This document shows, piece after piece, positions 38,151-51,293 of a stretch of DNA of 64,000 nt (positions are counted from its first letter, which is position 1; each line of letters begins with the position of its first letter). Made by a program: the position numbers and the translations under genes. The stretch lies in assembly GCF_001194135.2 (NCBI RefSeq), contig NC_068982.1:34263574-34327573 (forward strand). The letters are read 5' to 3'. This DNA is from Octopus bimaculoides. Taxonomy: Eukaryota. The notes beneath the pieces are model-generated. The model made no database searches, was not told the DNA's origin, and saw only the letters and a program-made list of their open reading frames with translations.

Positions 38151-39357
38151 CAGTCTGAAGAGAAAGAGTAACAATATTTATGATTTTCACAGGCTCTCCA
38201 AAATAGTGCAAGACTTCAGCTTACAGGGAGGAGGAAATAGGATTTCAAGGATAGATTTCATGTAGAGTTAGTATTTGAAGTAAAGTGAAATGACAATAGC
38301 AAAGAATGAAAACTGGGTCACAATCTCAGCTGATATGTAAAACAATATCAACACCATCTGTATTCAATCTCTGTATAGTATATTTATATCATATATTGTT
38401 GTTACTTAGACCAGGTCAGTCAAAAATATTCTCGCTGTAACCACCCTGTCTTTATGTGCGTTATGTATGTATGTATATATGCATGTATGTATGCATGTAT
38501 GTATGCATATATATATATATATATATATATATANNNNNNNNNNNNNNNNNNNNNNNNNNNNNNNNNNNNNNNNNNNNNNNNNNNNNNNNNNNNNNNNNNN
38601 NNNNNNNNNNNNNNNNNNNNNNNNNNNNNNNNNNNNNNNNNNNNNNNNNNNNNNNNNNNNNNNNNNNNNNNNNNNNNNNNNNNNNNNNNNNNNNNNNNNN
38701 NNNNNNNNNNGGGGTATATAAACAAAATTGATACACAATTTATGTGTGTTGCTAGTTCCTGGGGAAGGGTCCAGTTGATTAGATCGACCCCAGTATACAA
38801 TCGGTACTTAATTTATCGACCCCGAAAGGATGAAAAGCAAAGTCAACCTCTGCAGAACTTGAACTCAGAACATAAAGACAGATGAAATACCGCTAAGCAT
38901 TTTGCCCGGCGTGCTAACGTTTCTGCCAGCTCGCCACCTTTAGGTGTAAGAGAATATATTCTCTATGTGCGTGGTGTTAAAAAAAAAAAAAAACCCACCT
39001 GAAAGTAAGTCACAGTCAAGTGAGACAACTCACATCAGGTCCTTTCTCAGAGCAACAGACATTGATGTTTCATCATTGTTTTGACTTATCAATGCCACAT
39101 ATTGAACAAGGCACATTGCAAATCATATAACCAACTATGACAAAATGCTAAATGGTTTAGACTATACATTAAATGATTTATTCTCTTACACCTAAAACTA
39201 GCTGACCCATGAACTAACAACACACTTTGTGTATGTGTGTTCGATTTTGTTTATATAGCTTGAGCTGCTTTTAATCCATATTTGAATTTTTTCTGTAGCA
39301 TGAAACATTGGGGCATGCCAGCAGATGGTGTCTATATATATATATATNNNNNNNNNN

Positions 39358-40163
39358 GATCAATAAGTATCTGGACTGTTGCCATAGTAACAAAGCTAAA
39401 GCACACAAAGTTTAATGTTCTAGTTCACTTCTGCTGTTTACAGCAGTGCTTGGAAAGAAGGTGTGTAATGTATGATCATCACATTGACCATGACAGAGAA
39501 AGTTGTCATGACGATACATGCTCGGAGGCCTATGCAAAGTTGCAGAAAGCATATGGACAGAAATGTATGAGCCGCACACATACGAGTGGTTCAGACGTTT
39601 TGAAGATGGCCAAAAAAATGTCAATATTGACGAATGTTCTGGGAGATCTTCAACCAGCAGAACAGAAAAACATCGCAGATGTGCATGCAGCTGCGAGAGG
39701 AAATCGTCGAATCACCATCCGTGAGTTATCAGAGGATGTGCAGATTAGTTACATTTCAGTTCAGTCCATTATCACTGAAGATTTGAGTATGAGACACATG
39801 TCTGCCAAGTTTGTACCAAAACTGCTTTCAGCTGACCAAAAAGACACTCGGGTTTCTGTTGCACAAGATCTCCTTGATTTGTGTTGAGAACGAAAACTTT
39901 GCATAGGCCTCTGAGCTGGTATTGCCAAGCTTTTGGCAAAACTGGATGCAGATTCTCTGCTCAGCTTTCTGTCATGGCCAATATGATGATCACATACTAC
40001 ACATCTTCCTTCCTTCCTTAAACAGCAGAAGTGAGCTAGAATGTTAAAACTTAATGCGCATGCACAGTAGAGCTCTAGGTCAGTCTATGCCAAGTGGCTT
40101 CACTCTGTGTGCTTTAGCTTCATTACTATAGCAACAATCTGAATACTTGTTGATCAGACCATG
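39358..40163 (+). mobile_element. Internally deleted mariner transposon with long TIRs
   Basis: AYAKLQKAYG...YEWFRRF...NRRITIRELSEDVQIS...MSAKFVPKLLSADQK. Inverted ends gatcaataagtatctggactgttgccatagtaac / actatagcaacaatctgaatacttgttgatcagaccatg|TA; left end partly in a gap. Confidence 0.88.
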
Positions 40164-40595
40164 TAAACATATATATATATATTTATTTATATACATAGTG
40201 ACAACACAAGCGCTGTTGCCAGAATAAAAAGCACTGTGTACACTTTATAGAGTGTAGAAACCATAACAAAACAGATATTGGAGCACAGTATGTCCTGTTA
40301 AACTGTCTTACCCATTTCAGCAAGGAACATGGATGTTGGAAGAAAGAAAAGAAAAGAAAAAAACAAAAAAAAAACAACAACAAACAACATATTTGGAAAA
40401 ATTCTTGTAAAACCTTTACAGGTTTAAATTTGAACTTTAAACTCCTAAACAGATATATAGATGACAAACAAATTCTGAAACAATTGTCTGTGTATGTTAA
40501 GGAGGTAAAAGTCCATAGCTACACAATAAATAACCCCCAACTACATTGATATTGATGCTATACATATATGGAGAAGCTAAAAAATAAATATTGTC

Positions 40596-40633
<38 letters not shown>

Positions 40634-41038
40634 ATAAGGTGAAAAGAAAAACACTTAAAAACAAAAAAATGAATAATTGCTCAATTGAAAATTCAACTTT
40701 GTCCAGTATTATTTTTCCATTCATCAGATGAAACTAAAATTGCATAATACCACCTCACAAGAATAAAAACCCAAACAAAATAAGCCAAGATATTGGCTGA
40801 ATGAAGTCCTCACTTTGCAACTACACAGTGTGCTAGAAACATCAGCTAAAATCTCTCTCAAATTACACCCTACTACCTTAATCCTTTTGCCCTGTTTAAA
40901 GTAATCTAACACTATTTTGATAAAGGCAAAGTTGTTTTATTAAATTCTTCATTATTTTCAAAATTAACAGAAACAAATGCAGTGTGTGTTTCAACAAATA
41001 TAATAACAAAAGGGTTAAAATCAGAGCACATTATTTAC

Positions 41039-41090
41039 CTGACTCATCTCATGGGTTGCCCATTCCTTAGGACTGTTTGAAATCTTGGGA
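41039..41090 (-). CDS. BNIP3: BNIP3/NIX-family coding exon (probably exon 3)
   Basis: Long pyrimidine tract + tag acceptor, donor CAG|GTAAAT, 52 nt. (S)PKISNSPKEWATHEMSQ; phase 2 to 0 bridges the flanking exons exactly. Confidence 0.85.
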
Positions 41091-41369
41091 CTAAAAAAGA
41101 AAAAAAGAAAAAAAATATCTGAAAACAATAGATGGATTTATGTTTTACACCTTTTCCTAGGAAAGAAAGCAACCAAAATAAAAATAAACAAAACAAAAAA
41201 AAACATGGGTTCGATAGTTCTGAAAATTTAAGATTTCACATTGTTAGAGTCAGAATTTTATAGTTAGTTGCCATCACTAATCTTTAGTAATTCAACTTTC
41301 ATAAAGGAGTGGTAGCTACTTTGCAAAATGTCAAGATGTAAATATAATACAGATACAGATACAAAAAGT

Positions 41370-41708
41370 AACATTGATTCCAGTAAGATTTGAACTCAGA
41401 ACATTAAGGTATGTTACTAGACATAGCAAGGATTTTATCCACTGTTCTGCAATTCTGTTATCTATTGCTCAAATAATAATAATGGTTTTTAATTTAGGCA
41501 CAAGGCCAGCAATTTTGAGGCAAAGAGCTTGGTCAGTTGAATCAAACTCAGTACTTGACTGGTTCTATATTTTATTAATCCCAGAAGAATGAAAGGTAAA
41601 GTTGACCTTGGTTAGAGTTGAACACTAAATGTAAGGAAGCAGAAAGTAGATGCCTCAAGGCATTTTTTTCCCAATACTCTAACAATTCTGCCAGCCTGCT
41701 GCCCTGTT

Positions 41709-41745
<37 letters not shown>

Positions 41746-42165
41746 TGATTATGGCTTCAAATTTTGCCGCAAGGGGAGGGAAGGGATGAGTTGATTACAT
41801 TGTACCCAGTGTTTCACTGGTACTTAATTTATTGACCCTGAAAGAATGAAAAGCAAAGTCGACCTTGGCAGAATTTGAACTCAGAATGTAGCAATGGGCA
41901 AAATATGACTAAGTGTTTCATCCAGCATGCTAACAATTCTGCCAGCTTGCCAATAATGGTTTCAAAATTTGGCACAAAGCCAGCAAGTTTGGGGGGAGAG
42001 GGTAAGTTGATAACATTGATCCCAGTGCTTGACTGGTACTTATTTTATTGACCCCCAAAAGGATGAAAGGCAAAGTCAACCCCAGCAGCATTTGCACTCA
42101 GAATGTAAAGATGGATGAAATACACGTTTTATCTGGCTTGCTAATGATCCTGCCAGCTTGTTATA
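41370..42165 (-). mobile_element. Array of about four SINE-D copies
   Basis: Repeated aaaggatgaaaggcaaagtc...gaactcagaa cores with (AAT)n spacers. Confidence 0.8.
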
Positions 42166-42168
42166 ATA

Positions 42169-42210
<42 letters not shown>

Positions 42211-42211
<1 letters not shown>

Positions 42212-42647
42212 GAATAAGAAAGATCATGAAGGAAATAATAATAATAAGAAAGATCATGAAGGAAAAAAATGCTTTCTAATTGATGTATCAATACCAGCAG
42301 ATGACAACGTTTCCTTAAAAGAAATGGAGAAAGTTTCAAAATACAAAGACTTGGAAATAGAGGTAACTCGAATGTGGAATCTAAAAACAGAAACAATTCC
42401 TATCATAGTAGGGGCCTTAGGTATAATAAAAAAATATTCAGACAAATACATAACAAAAACACCAGGACTTACAAATATATATAACATACAGAAAATTGCA
42501 CTACTGGGCACTGCACACATCCTACGCAAAACACTTTCAATACAGTAACCATAAGAGCATCACAGCAAACCACAGCACATACCCAAGGCACACAGAGCTG
42601 CACTCGGTAGTGAAGTGAAAGCACGTTATAAAAATAAAACTACTGAA
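42211..42647 (+). mobile_element. 5'-truncated R4/Dong-like LINE (restriction-like endonuclease C-terminus) in an (AAT)n tract
   Basis: KCFLIDVSIPADDNVSLKEMEKVSKYKDLEIEVTRMW...PIIVGALG...QKIALLGTAHILRKTL* (stop 42548), short 3' UTR, (AAT)n on both sides. Confidence 0.88.
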
Positions 42648-43973
42648 TGATAATAATAATAATAATGATAACAACAAGGTCTGAAAATTTAAGGAAAAAA
42701 GATTGCTTATTGTACCAACTCCAGTATTTGAAAGGCATCTTTATTTTATCAATCGCAAAAGGATGAAAGGGTTTGGACTTGGAATGTAACTAAATAATGT
42801 GAGGTGATTTTTTTTTTACAATTCTAATATATTGATTGATTGAATGAGGGACAACCAGACAGAGATGGATATAATAACATTGACAGAGAGATATGGGAAC
42901 ATTGGTTGATGGATGAATGGATAGATATGGTAGCACAAATAGAAGGAAAGACAGATATATATTTTGTTTTAATTGTTTCAGTTATACTGAAGCACTGCTT
43001 TCATACTATGCACAAAAATTAATTCAAGATTTTTATATCATGATATAGTAATTCATAAAGATTACACAGGCAGCATGACAAACAAGCAGTAAGATATTTA
43101 TGTAGGTGTTGATATGTTGCTTTGGGGTCCTTAATGATCATTATTATAGACAACATTTGAAGATCCATGGCTCAGAAGACTAATGTATAAATCAGCTTTT
43201 ATTGATCTAGAGGTTCTACTGTTATTCAAATTAGCACTCTTTTATATGCTAATACAAACAGTGCATCTGCAATGTGTGCTATCTTTTTAATATTGAACAG
43301 ATGAAAAACTAAAATCTCCTCTTATTTGCAGCTGTTAAGAGCGCAAGGGAAAAGAAAAAAAAAAGAGTAATGGAGGGAGTCGGAATGATTATCTTTCATC
43401 AATTCAAGAATGAAAGTTAAAAAAACCAAATTCAATTATAAAAATACCAAAATTTGGGAAATTATTAAAATTGTTCTTATCAAAGATTATTTGTGAAGTA
43501 TCATCACTATTGGCACTGCCATCGTTGTCGTCATCATCATCATATTTTTAATGTCCCTTTTTCCATGCTTGCACAGGTCAGATGGGACTCATTAAAGCAA
43601 ATTTCCTGTTGCCCATCCTCACCTGTTTCCAAGCAAAGTAATACCCCTCCATGGCCAGACATGATTTCATGGAAAAAAAAATGGCATTTGTTTGCATGAT
43701 GTTGATGCTCATTTTATGATTATTATGTGATGTTATGACAAGGAGACATGACCCACCCCCTCCATCCACACACACACACACACACATTTGCACATTTGGT
43801 TTCTTTCAATTTCTGTCTACTAAATCAATCACGAGGCTAGGATCAGTCACTCTGGGGATGTAGTAGAAAACACTTGCCCAAGGTGCCATGCAGTGGGACA
43901 GAACCTAAAACCATGTGATCGGGAAACAAATTTCTTAACCACATAACCATGCCTGCACTAAGTATGGAAAGTG

Positions 43974-44017
<44 letters not shown>

Positions 44018-44897
44018 TAGGGTGAGTTGTATTTGACTAATTAATTTATTCCTGCTTATCAGTTATGAATGGATAGTAAGTAATGGATATTGTCTTTGAA
44101 AGATAACAAATGGAGAGAAAATAAAAACTGCTAAGAATTTGTCAAACATTACTTCAACAGTGTTAGACATACATTTCAGATAGTATAGTTCCATATTAAT
44201 GAAAGAGATAACAAAAGAGGTTGGTTGGGGCAAAAGACAGGTTTTAGTGAGACCGAGATAGGATGGAATATTTTTGTCTGCAATTTGATATGTCCCTTAA
44301 CAGGTGAGGTCAGGGGCAGATAAAACAATTAGGCAAGGAGTGACTTGTTACAATTTCTGAAACCAGAGGATACAGATCAGGATTAGAACACAGATATTGC
44401 ATGATAAATATATAATACTCTATATTTAAGCCACACACACACACATACTGTAAACAAACTTATACATGCCAAATTTGTGGGTATTCTATGGAAAATAAAG
44501 GAATTCTCAAACTCAGGAAGTCTATGAAGATAGCTTAGAAAATCTAGTAAATGCCCTTTAGAAGACAGAAAAAAATGACCAGAAAGTCTCCACACGGAAT
44601 TGAAACCTGCACCTCTCAAATTCAATTTATAGAGATATAGATAAGAAAGTGTGTGTGTGTGTGTGTGTGTGCAATGAAGAGTGATGGCTAGCATTTAGGA
44701 AAACCTAGTCTATGGACTGGCTTTGATATCTTGTTGGAACAGTTACATTTCAAATATCTATAACATTAATCACAGTAAAGAGCTTGTAGAAAGATGGTTT
44801 CATTGAAAAATTACTGAATGAACATTTCAATGATACCTGCTGTTCCAATCAGTTATAAGATATTTTTCCTTTTTCTTTGATATATATGTACACACAC

Positions 44898-44956
<59 letters not shown>

Positions 44957-45144
44957 TGTCTGTGTTTGTCCCCCCAACATCGCTTGACAACCGATGCTNN
45001 NNNNNNNNNNNNNNNNNNNNNNNNNNNNNNNNNNNNNNNNNNNNNNNNNNNNNNNNNNNNNNNNNNNNNNNNNNNNNNNNNNNNNNNNNNNNNNNNNNNN
45101 NNNNNNNNNNNNNNNNNNNNNNNNNNNNNNNNNNNNNNNNNNNN

Positions 45145-45219
<75 letters not shown>

Positions 45220-45909
45220 CAGATATATGATTTATGCATGCATTTTAAAGAATTTTTTCAATCCAAAATTTAAAAAGCAGACCATTATTTCTGAAATAGA
45301 AGATAGTTATTTGTTGTTGCCAGATTTAGATGTTGAATGGATTGTGATTTTTGTGGGAAGTTAAGAAAAAGCTTCTTTAATCTCTTCTTAATGCAGATTT
45401 AGAATGAGTCAAGCTATTAACTGTAGCACACACTCATGTACATGTATATATGTGTATGTATTCAGGTATCTATTTAGCTTTAATTAATTATATACGACAC
45501 AGTGCTTATAAGATAATCTGAAATTTAATGTAGGTATGCCTACAATTTTAGCCTTGCTGTGAAATGTAAACAAGTATATCAACATGTTGATATATCTCAG
45601 AGCAGAAAGATTTTAAGACTGTCCTGACTTGTTTCATCTCTTTTTGATGACTAATTGGGGGAAAAGTACCCATACTAAAAAACAAATGATAGTAGGCGAC
45701 CTTTGATGAATCACCGATAAGTGATAAAACTAGTCAGGACAATCCTAAAATGTTTCTGTATACAAAGAAAGAATACAGATACTTGTTTACACTTTGCAAT
45801 GAGACTAGATGAGTAGATATACTTATATTAAATTTTAGACTATCCAATAATCCTTTTATAGCTCATTATTAAATTATTAATTAAAGATAAAAACATGTGA
45901 CTGTGAATA

Positions 45910-47225
45910 TATATATATATTTCCGTTCTGCCGGCCACTCCTTGCAGCAACACCTGTCTGTGTTTGGATTGTCCATGCACAGGGGCCATCCGGACTCCCG
46001 TTTGCGCCGTGAACAGGGATTAATCTTCTCTCTTCGCTCCTTTGCGCCACATGGGCTCAACTCCCCTCCCCTCTNNNNNNNNNNNNNNNNNNNNNNNNNN
46101 NNNNNNNNNNNNNNNNNNNNNNNNNNNNNNNNNNNNNNNNNNNNNNNNNNNNNNNNNNNNNNNNNNNNNNNNNNNNNNNNNNNNNNNNNNNNNNNNNNNN
46201 NNNNNNNNNNNNNNNNNNNNNNNNNNNNNNNNNNNNNNNNNNNNNNNNNNNNNNNNNNNNNNNNNNNNNNNNNNNNNNNNNNNNNNNNNNNNNNNNNNNN
46301 NNNNNNNNNNNNNNNNNNNNNNNNNNNNNNNNNNNNNNNNNNNNNNNNNNNNNNNNNNNNNNNNNNNNNNNNNNNNNNNNNNNNNNNNNNNNNNNNNNNN
46401 NNNNNNNNNNNNNNNNNNNNNNNNNNNNNNNNNNNNNNNNNNNNNNNNNNNNNNNNNNNNNNNNNNNNNNNNNNNNNNNNNNNNNNNNNNNNNNNNNNNN
46501 NNNNNNNNNNNNNNNNNNNNNNNNNNNNNNNNNNNNNNNNNNNNNNNNNNNNNNNNNNNNNNNNNNNNNNNNNNNNNNNNNNNNNNNNNNNNNNNNNNNN
46601 NNNNNNNNNNNNNNNNNNNNNNNNNNNNNNNNNNNNNNNNNNNNNNNNNNNNNNNNNNNNNNNNNNNNNNNNNNNNNNNNNNNNNNNNNNNNNNNNNNNN
46701 NNNNNNNNNNNNNNNNNNNNNNNNNNNNNNNNNNNNNNNNNNNNNNNNNNNNNNNNNNNNNNNNNNNNNNNNNNNNNNNNNNNNNNNNNNNNNNNNNNNN
46801 NNNNNNNNNNNNNNNNNNNNNNNNNNNNNNNNNNNNNNNNNNNNNNNNNNNNNNNNNNNNNNNNNNNNNNNNNNNNNNNNNNNNNNNNNNNNNNNNNNNN
46901 NNNNNNNNNNNNNNNNNNNNNNNNNNNNNNNNNNNNNNNNNNNNNNNNNNNNNNNNNNNNNNNNNNNNNNNNNNNNATTTCTAACTTCCGGTCAGCCATT
47001 GTTATGATCAGCCATTATTATGATTGACCGTTGACTGAACAACATTCAATTTTTTTTCTCCGTGTTTTTCTCCTTGTCTCCGTATTCTTTCTGTTGAAGA
47101 GCGTAGCTCGAAACGTCAAAGACTTTCCGTATTCCCGAGCGTCATACTAATACATCCTTTTGTTATTTACACCACCTGTCCTCGTCTGTTGTTGTTTTTT
47201 CGTATATTCTCCCATATATATATAT
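45910..47225 (+). mobile_element. Penelope-like element: GIY-YIG C-terminus, gap, terminal repeat
   Basis: FRSAGHSLQQHLSVFGL...RLRREQGLIFSLRSFAPHGLN matches the HF..H..L.V.GL..R..E..IF.L..P.GLN tail; hammerhead-like motif at 47086-47122. Confidence 0.75.
47086..47122 (+). ncRNA. Minimal hammerhead-like motif (CUGUUGA variant)
   Basis: TCTTT-CTGTTGA-A-GAGC(gta)GCTC-GAA-ACGT-C-AAAGA; the core deviates at A6. Confidence 0.45.
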
Positions 47226-47390
47226 ATATAATGCAAGAGAGTTAGGGGTTGAGGATTCAACCCACTAAGGGATAGTATCTATCCAATATACTGCCCGGGG
47301 GAGGGGTACCCAATTATTGTTACACTAGTGTTATACCAAGTGTAATAAGTGGGTGCGTGTAAAAGGGGGGGGATTGTTTTACCCTAAATT

Positions 47391-47488
47391 TATATAGCAA
47401 TTAGAAAATGGACGATAATATGCTGGGATACACTGTCAGCAAGTTGTTGGGTACAGCATATTATCCTCCATTTTCTAATTGCTATATA
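47391..47488. repeat. 98-bp hairpin: 35-bp arms with one mismatch, 28-nt loop
   Basis: tatatagcaattagaaaatggacgataatatgctg / cagcatattatcctccattttctaattgctatata. Confidence 0.8.
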
Positions 47489-47512
47489 TATATATATATA
47501 TANNNNNNNNNN

Positions 47513-47560
<48 letters not shown>

Positions 47561-48479
47561 ACACAAATAAACACATACACACATAAATTAATAAAAAGAA
47601 TACAGTGAAATTGCTGTGGGGAGTGGATTTTCTACTTCCCACAAGAATTTCACTGTACTATTTTTGTCAATCTTTTTAAATACAAGCCTTGTCAATGCAG
47701 GCCACTACCAGTCTCTTTGGATTCTCTTCAAACACACACACATCTTTGTACACACATACATACACACATGTGCTGACAGCAACTTCTTGTCAGAAGAATG
47801 TCATCTCTTCATTGAACATATTCTTCTACTCTAGGCACAAGGCCTGAAATTTTGGGGGAGGCGGCCAGTCGATTAGATTGACCCCCAGTATGCAACTGGT
47901 ACTTAATTTATCGACCCCGAAAGGATGAAAGGCAAAGTCGACCTCAGTGGAATTTGAACTTAGAGTGTAAAGAGAGATGAAACACCGCTATGCATTTCAC
48001 CCGGTATGCTAACATTTCTGCCAGCTTGCTGTCTTCTCTTCATTGAACATTGCATGATCATGTGCATGCAGGTGGCTTTTCAGCCCAGCTTTTATTCTGT
48101 AGGAACATTCACAAGTGCAACACTTATTTCTCTTTCCAGTACAAATATTTCATGGTGCACACGGTGGTAGAACCATCTCACAGCAACTCCATTTCTCTCT
48201 GGCTCATGTAACCTTAGATCACTGGCAAACTCAGTTCTTGAGAGAAGAAATCATCCTCACACTTCACTTCTTGCTGGCACTGTGTTTGAGACCTGCTTAT
48301 GGAGTGAGTGCTTCAAAGCAATATCCTCCATTCACTTTTGCTCAAAGATACTGTCTGTACTTGATAGCCTCTCTCCATGATGTATGGCTTCCTGCCAATG
48401 TTTCCTGTACTCAAAAAACCCCGTCCTCCACTGCAGATGTTAAGGCTGCATTCCCTGGTGAAGAAGATTGACCTACAAG

Positions 48480-48740
48480 AATCCTGTGCCCAGGCCACGT
48501 AAATAGCACTTGCATTGGTGCCACGTAAAAAACACTTGTGCCAGTGCCACATGAAAGTGCTCATGCTGGTGGCATGTTAAAAGCACCCAACACACTCTGT
48601 AAAGTGGTTGGAGTTAGGAAGGGCATCCAGTCAAAGAAACCAAGCCAAATTGGACTGGGACCTGGTGTAGCTGCCCAGCTCTGGTCAAACTGTCTAACCC
48701 ATGCAAACATGGAAAACGGACATTAAAGGATGATGATGAA
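48480..48740 (+). mobile_element. RTE-tail repeat
   Basis: gccacgtaaa..gcac units, gttaggaagggcatccag motif, (GAT)n tail. Confidence 0.75.
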
Positions 48741-48959
48741 GCTTTAAAGTTGCCTTTTATGACATACTTAAACTGTTTCCCAGGTTTATGCTGAGGTTTT
48801 TTCCCTCTGATCAGTTCCCCCATAAAATATCCGTTTTGGCAGCTTCTCATCCATCTCTCCATCTTTCATACATACATACATTTCAAAAAAAAGTTTTCTC
48901 AAATTAAAAATCATTAATTGTATAAAATTCATTCAACATCAAAATGAAGTGACAACAGA

Positions 48960-48971
48960 TGACTATATACA

Positions 48972-49020
<49 letters not shown>

Positions 49021-49085
49021 GTGTGTGTGTGTATGTATATGTGTGTGTGTGTGTATGTGTATATCTATCTATCTATCTATCTATC

Positions 49086-49139
<54 letters not shown>

Positions 49140-49229
49140 TGTATGTATATATATTTATAGGCGGTGCTCCAGCATGGCTGCAGTATGTACATATGTATAT
49201 ATATGTATATGTATATGTATATATGTATA

Positions 49230-49272
<43 letters not shown>

Positions 49273-49378
49273 ATATGTATGAGAAAAAATAAGGTATTCA
49301 GAGATCTGGATGGTTGTACATATACATATGTATGTATATATATATATATGTGTGTGCGTGCATGTACATATGTATGTG

Positions 49379-49421
<43 letters not shown>

Positions 49422-49440
49422 ATACACATGCACACACACA
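48960..49440. repeat. Compound (TA)/(TG)/(TATC)/(TATG) microsatellite
   Basis: Seen directly; it is the source of the YI/VC-repeat ORFs in the track. Confidence 0.95.
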
Positions 49441-50184
49441 CACAACTGATTCCTCATTAAGATTTGGTCAACCTAAGGCTATATTGTAGAAGACACTTGT
49501 TAAGTCTCATCTCAACCCTAGCAGAGCAAACTTATGAAAGGGATTTCTATCCATTTATTTTATAAACACCACAGTGTGATTGAAAAGATATGTGGTTGCT
49601 ATTTCTTGCAGATGAAATTACCACATAAAAGCTCCTTTATTGGCTCAAGCCACTGCAGGAGTCTCTATGCAACTGCCCAATATGCTAGAAATAGCAACCA
49701 GAGGGATAATGGTGAAACCATTGGTGCAATGGAAGCAGATTAGCTCAGAACTAATTAAAGAACTACTTGCATAGAACAACAACACTGTTGTAGCAAGTTA
49801 ATAGTCTATTAAGGAAAGAGTTTTCTTTAATTATACACATTGATTCATAAGTGAGTTGTCAGTAAGCATAGTATATATAACTATGTACATGCACACATGT
49901 AAACCTGTACATGGGATACATATATATATATATATTACTAATATAACAGACTATGGTATGGAACCTGGTGTGTCCACTGGGTTTATAATAGAAGATAGAT
50001 TTGCCTAAGGTACCACACACACACAAACATGTCATGCAAAATGCTTAGTGGCATTCTGCCTGTCTTTACACCCTGGGCTGATTTTGCCTTTCATCCTTTT
50101 GGGCTGGATAAAATTGACTAGCCCCTTCCCCACAAAATTCAGGCCTTGTGCCCATAATAGAAAGGACATGTGTGTGTGTGTGTG

Positions 50185-50235
<51 letters not shown>

Positions 50236-51248
50236 AAGAGAGACTTTTGAGAAAAATAATTGCATATATTTCGTTAAAACAAAAGGCTACAAAAGATTTA
50301 ATAATTAAAGGGAGGTTAAATGTCACAAAAGACAACACCTTTACAATAAGTACCTAGTAATATTTATAATATAAATAGCAAGGATAGGAGGCAGGAAGAG
50401 GAAGAGGCTAACGTGAGAAAAGTTTAAGATGAAGAAGTGGATCAAAAAAGGTAAAGTAAAAAAATGAGAAATAATGATATGAAAAAGAAAAAGAAAATCA
50501 AAAATAGTACACAGACAGAAGAGAAAGAGCAACAGGAAAAAGAAGATATAATAGAAACTTAAGAGGAATAAGAACAAGATTCAAAGATAAAAACAGGAGT
50601 AGCAAAATGAAGAATAGAAAAAAAAAGGACTCAAAAAGAAAACACTAACAAGACAAAGGAGGAGTAGGAAAAAAAAAGGAGTAGAAGAAAGGGGAGTGGA
50701 AGAAGGAGTAGGAGAAGACCAAGAGCATACTAACAAGTCTAAAAGAAACTAAAAACAAACAAAAAAAACACCAATTATCCTTCCAGGTTCTGTGGACAGT
50801 GGAGTAGAAAAATCAGTATATCACAAAGTTAAAAGCGCGACGGGGGTGGGGGGGGGGAGATAAAAAAGAAATAAAAAGCAGAGAGACACCATGAAGACAG
50901 TAGTGGTAACCAGAAAAACATTAACATCTGTATGACCATGATACAACATAATAAAAGTCAATGTGCCAGTTTAGCTATGAATAAAACAATTTTTTGTAGC
51001 TGAGACACACAGTAGCTGAAATGTGGTGTGATTTATATGACATAAGAATCCAAAGTGAGGAAATGAAATTCAGCTCCAGTAATTAATTGCAATCCGTCTA
51101 TTAGAGAGTAAGGCGAGAATAGCAATAGCTAGGCTGTGCCAAGCTATATTTATTAAGGTCAATGTTCTTACATAGATTTCACAGTAACATTGTCTCTTAC
51201 ACTGATATATCTCTTTATAAGTATTACTTACTATCTGTTTTGTTGCTT

Positions 51249-51293
<45 letters not shown>

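Noticed and set aside
42048-42548. 166-aa ORF with poly-Asn as a novel gene
   Set aside because: It is a chimera of SINE-D sequence, (AAT)n and a LINE endonuclease tail.
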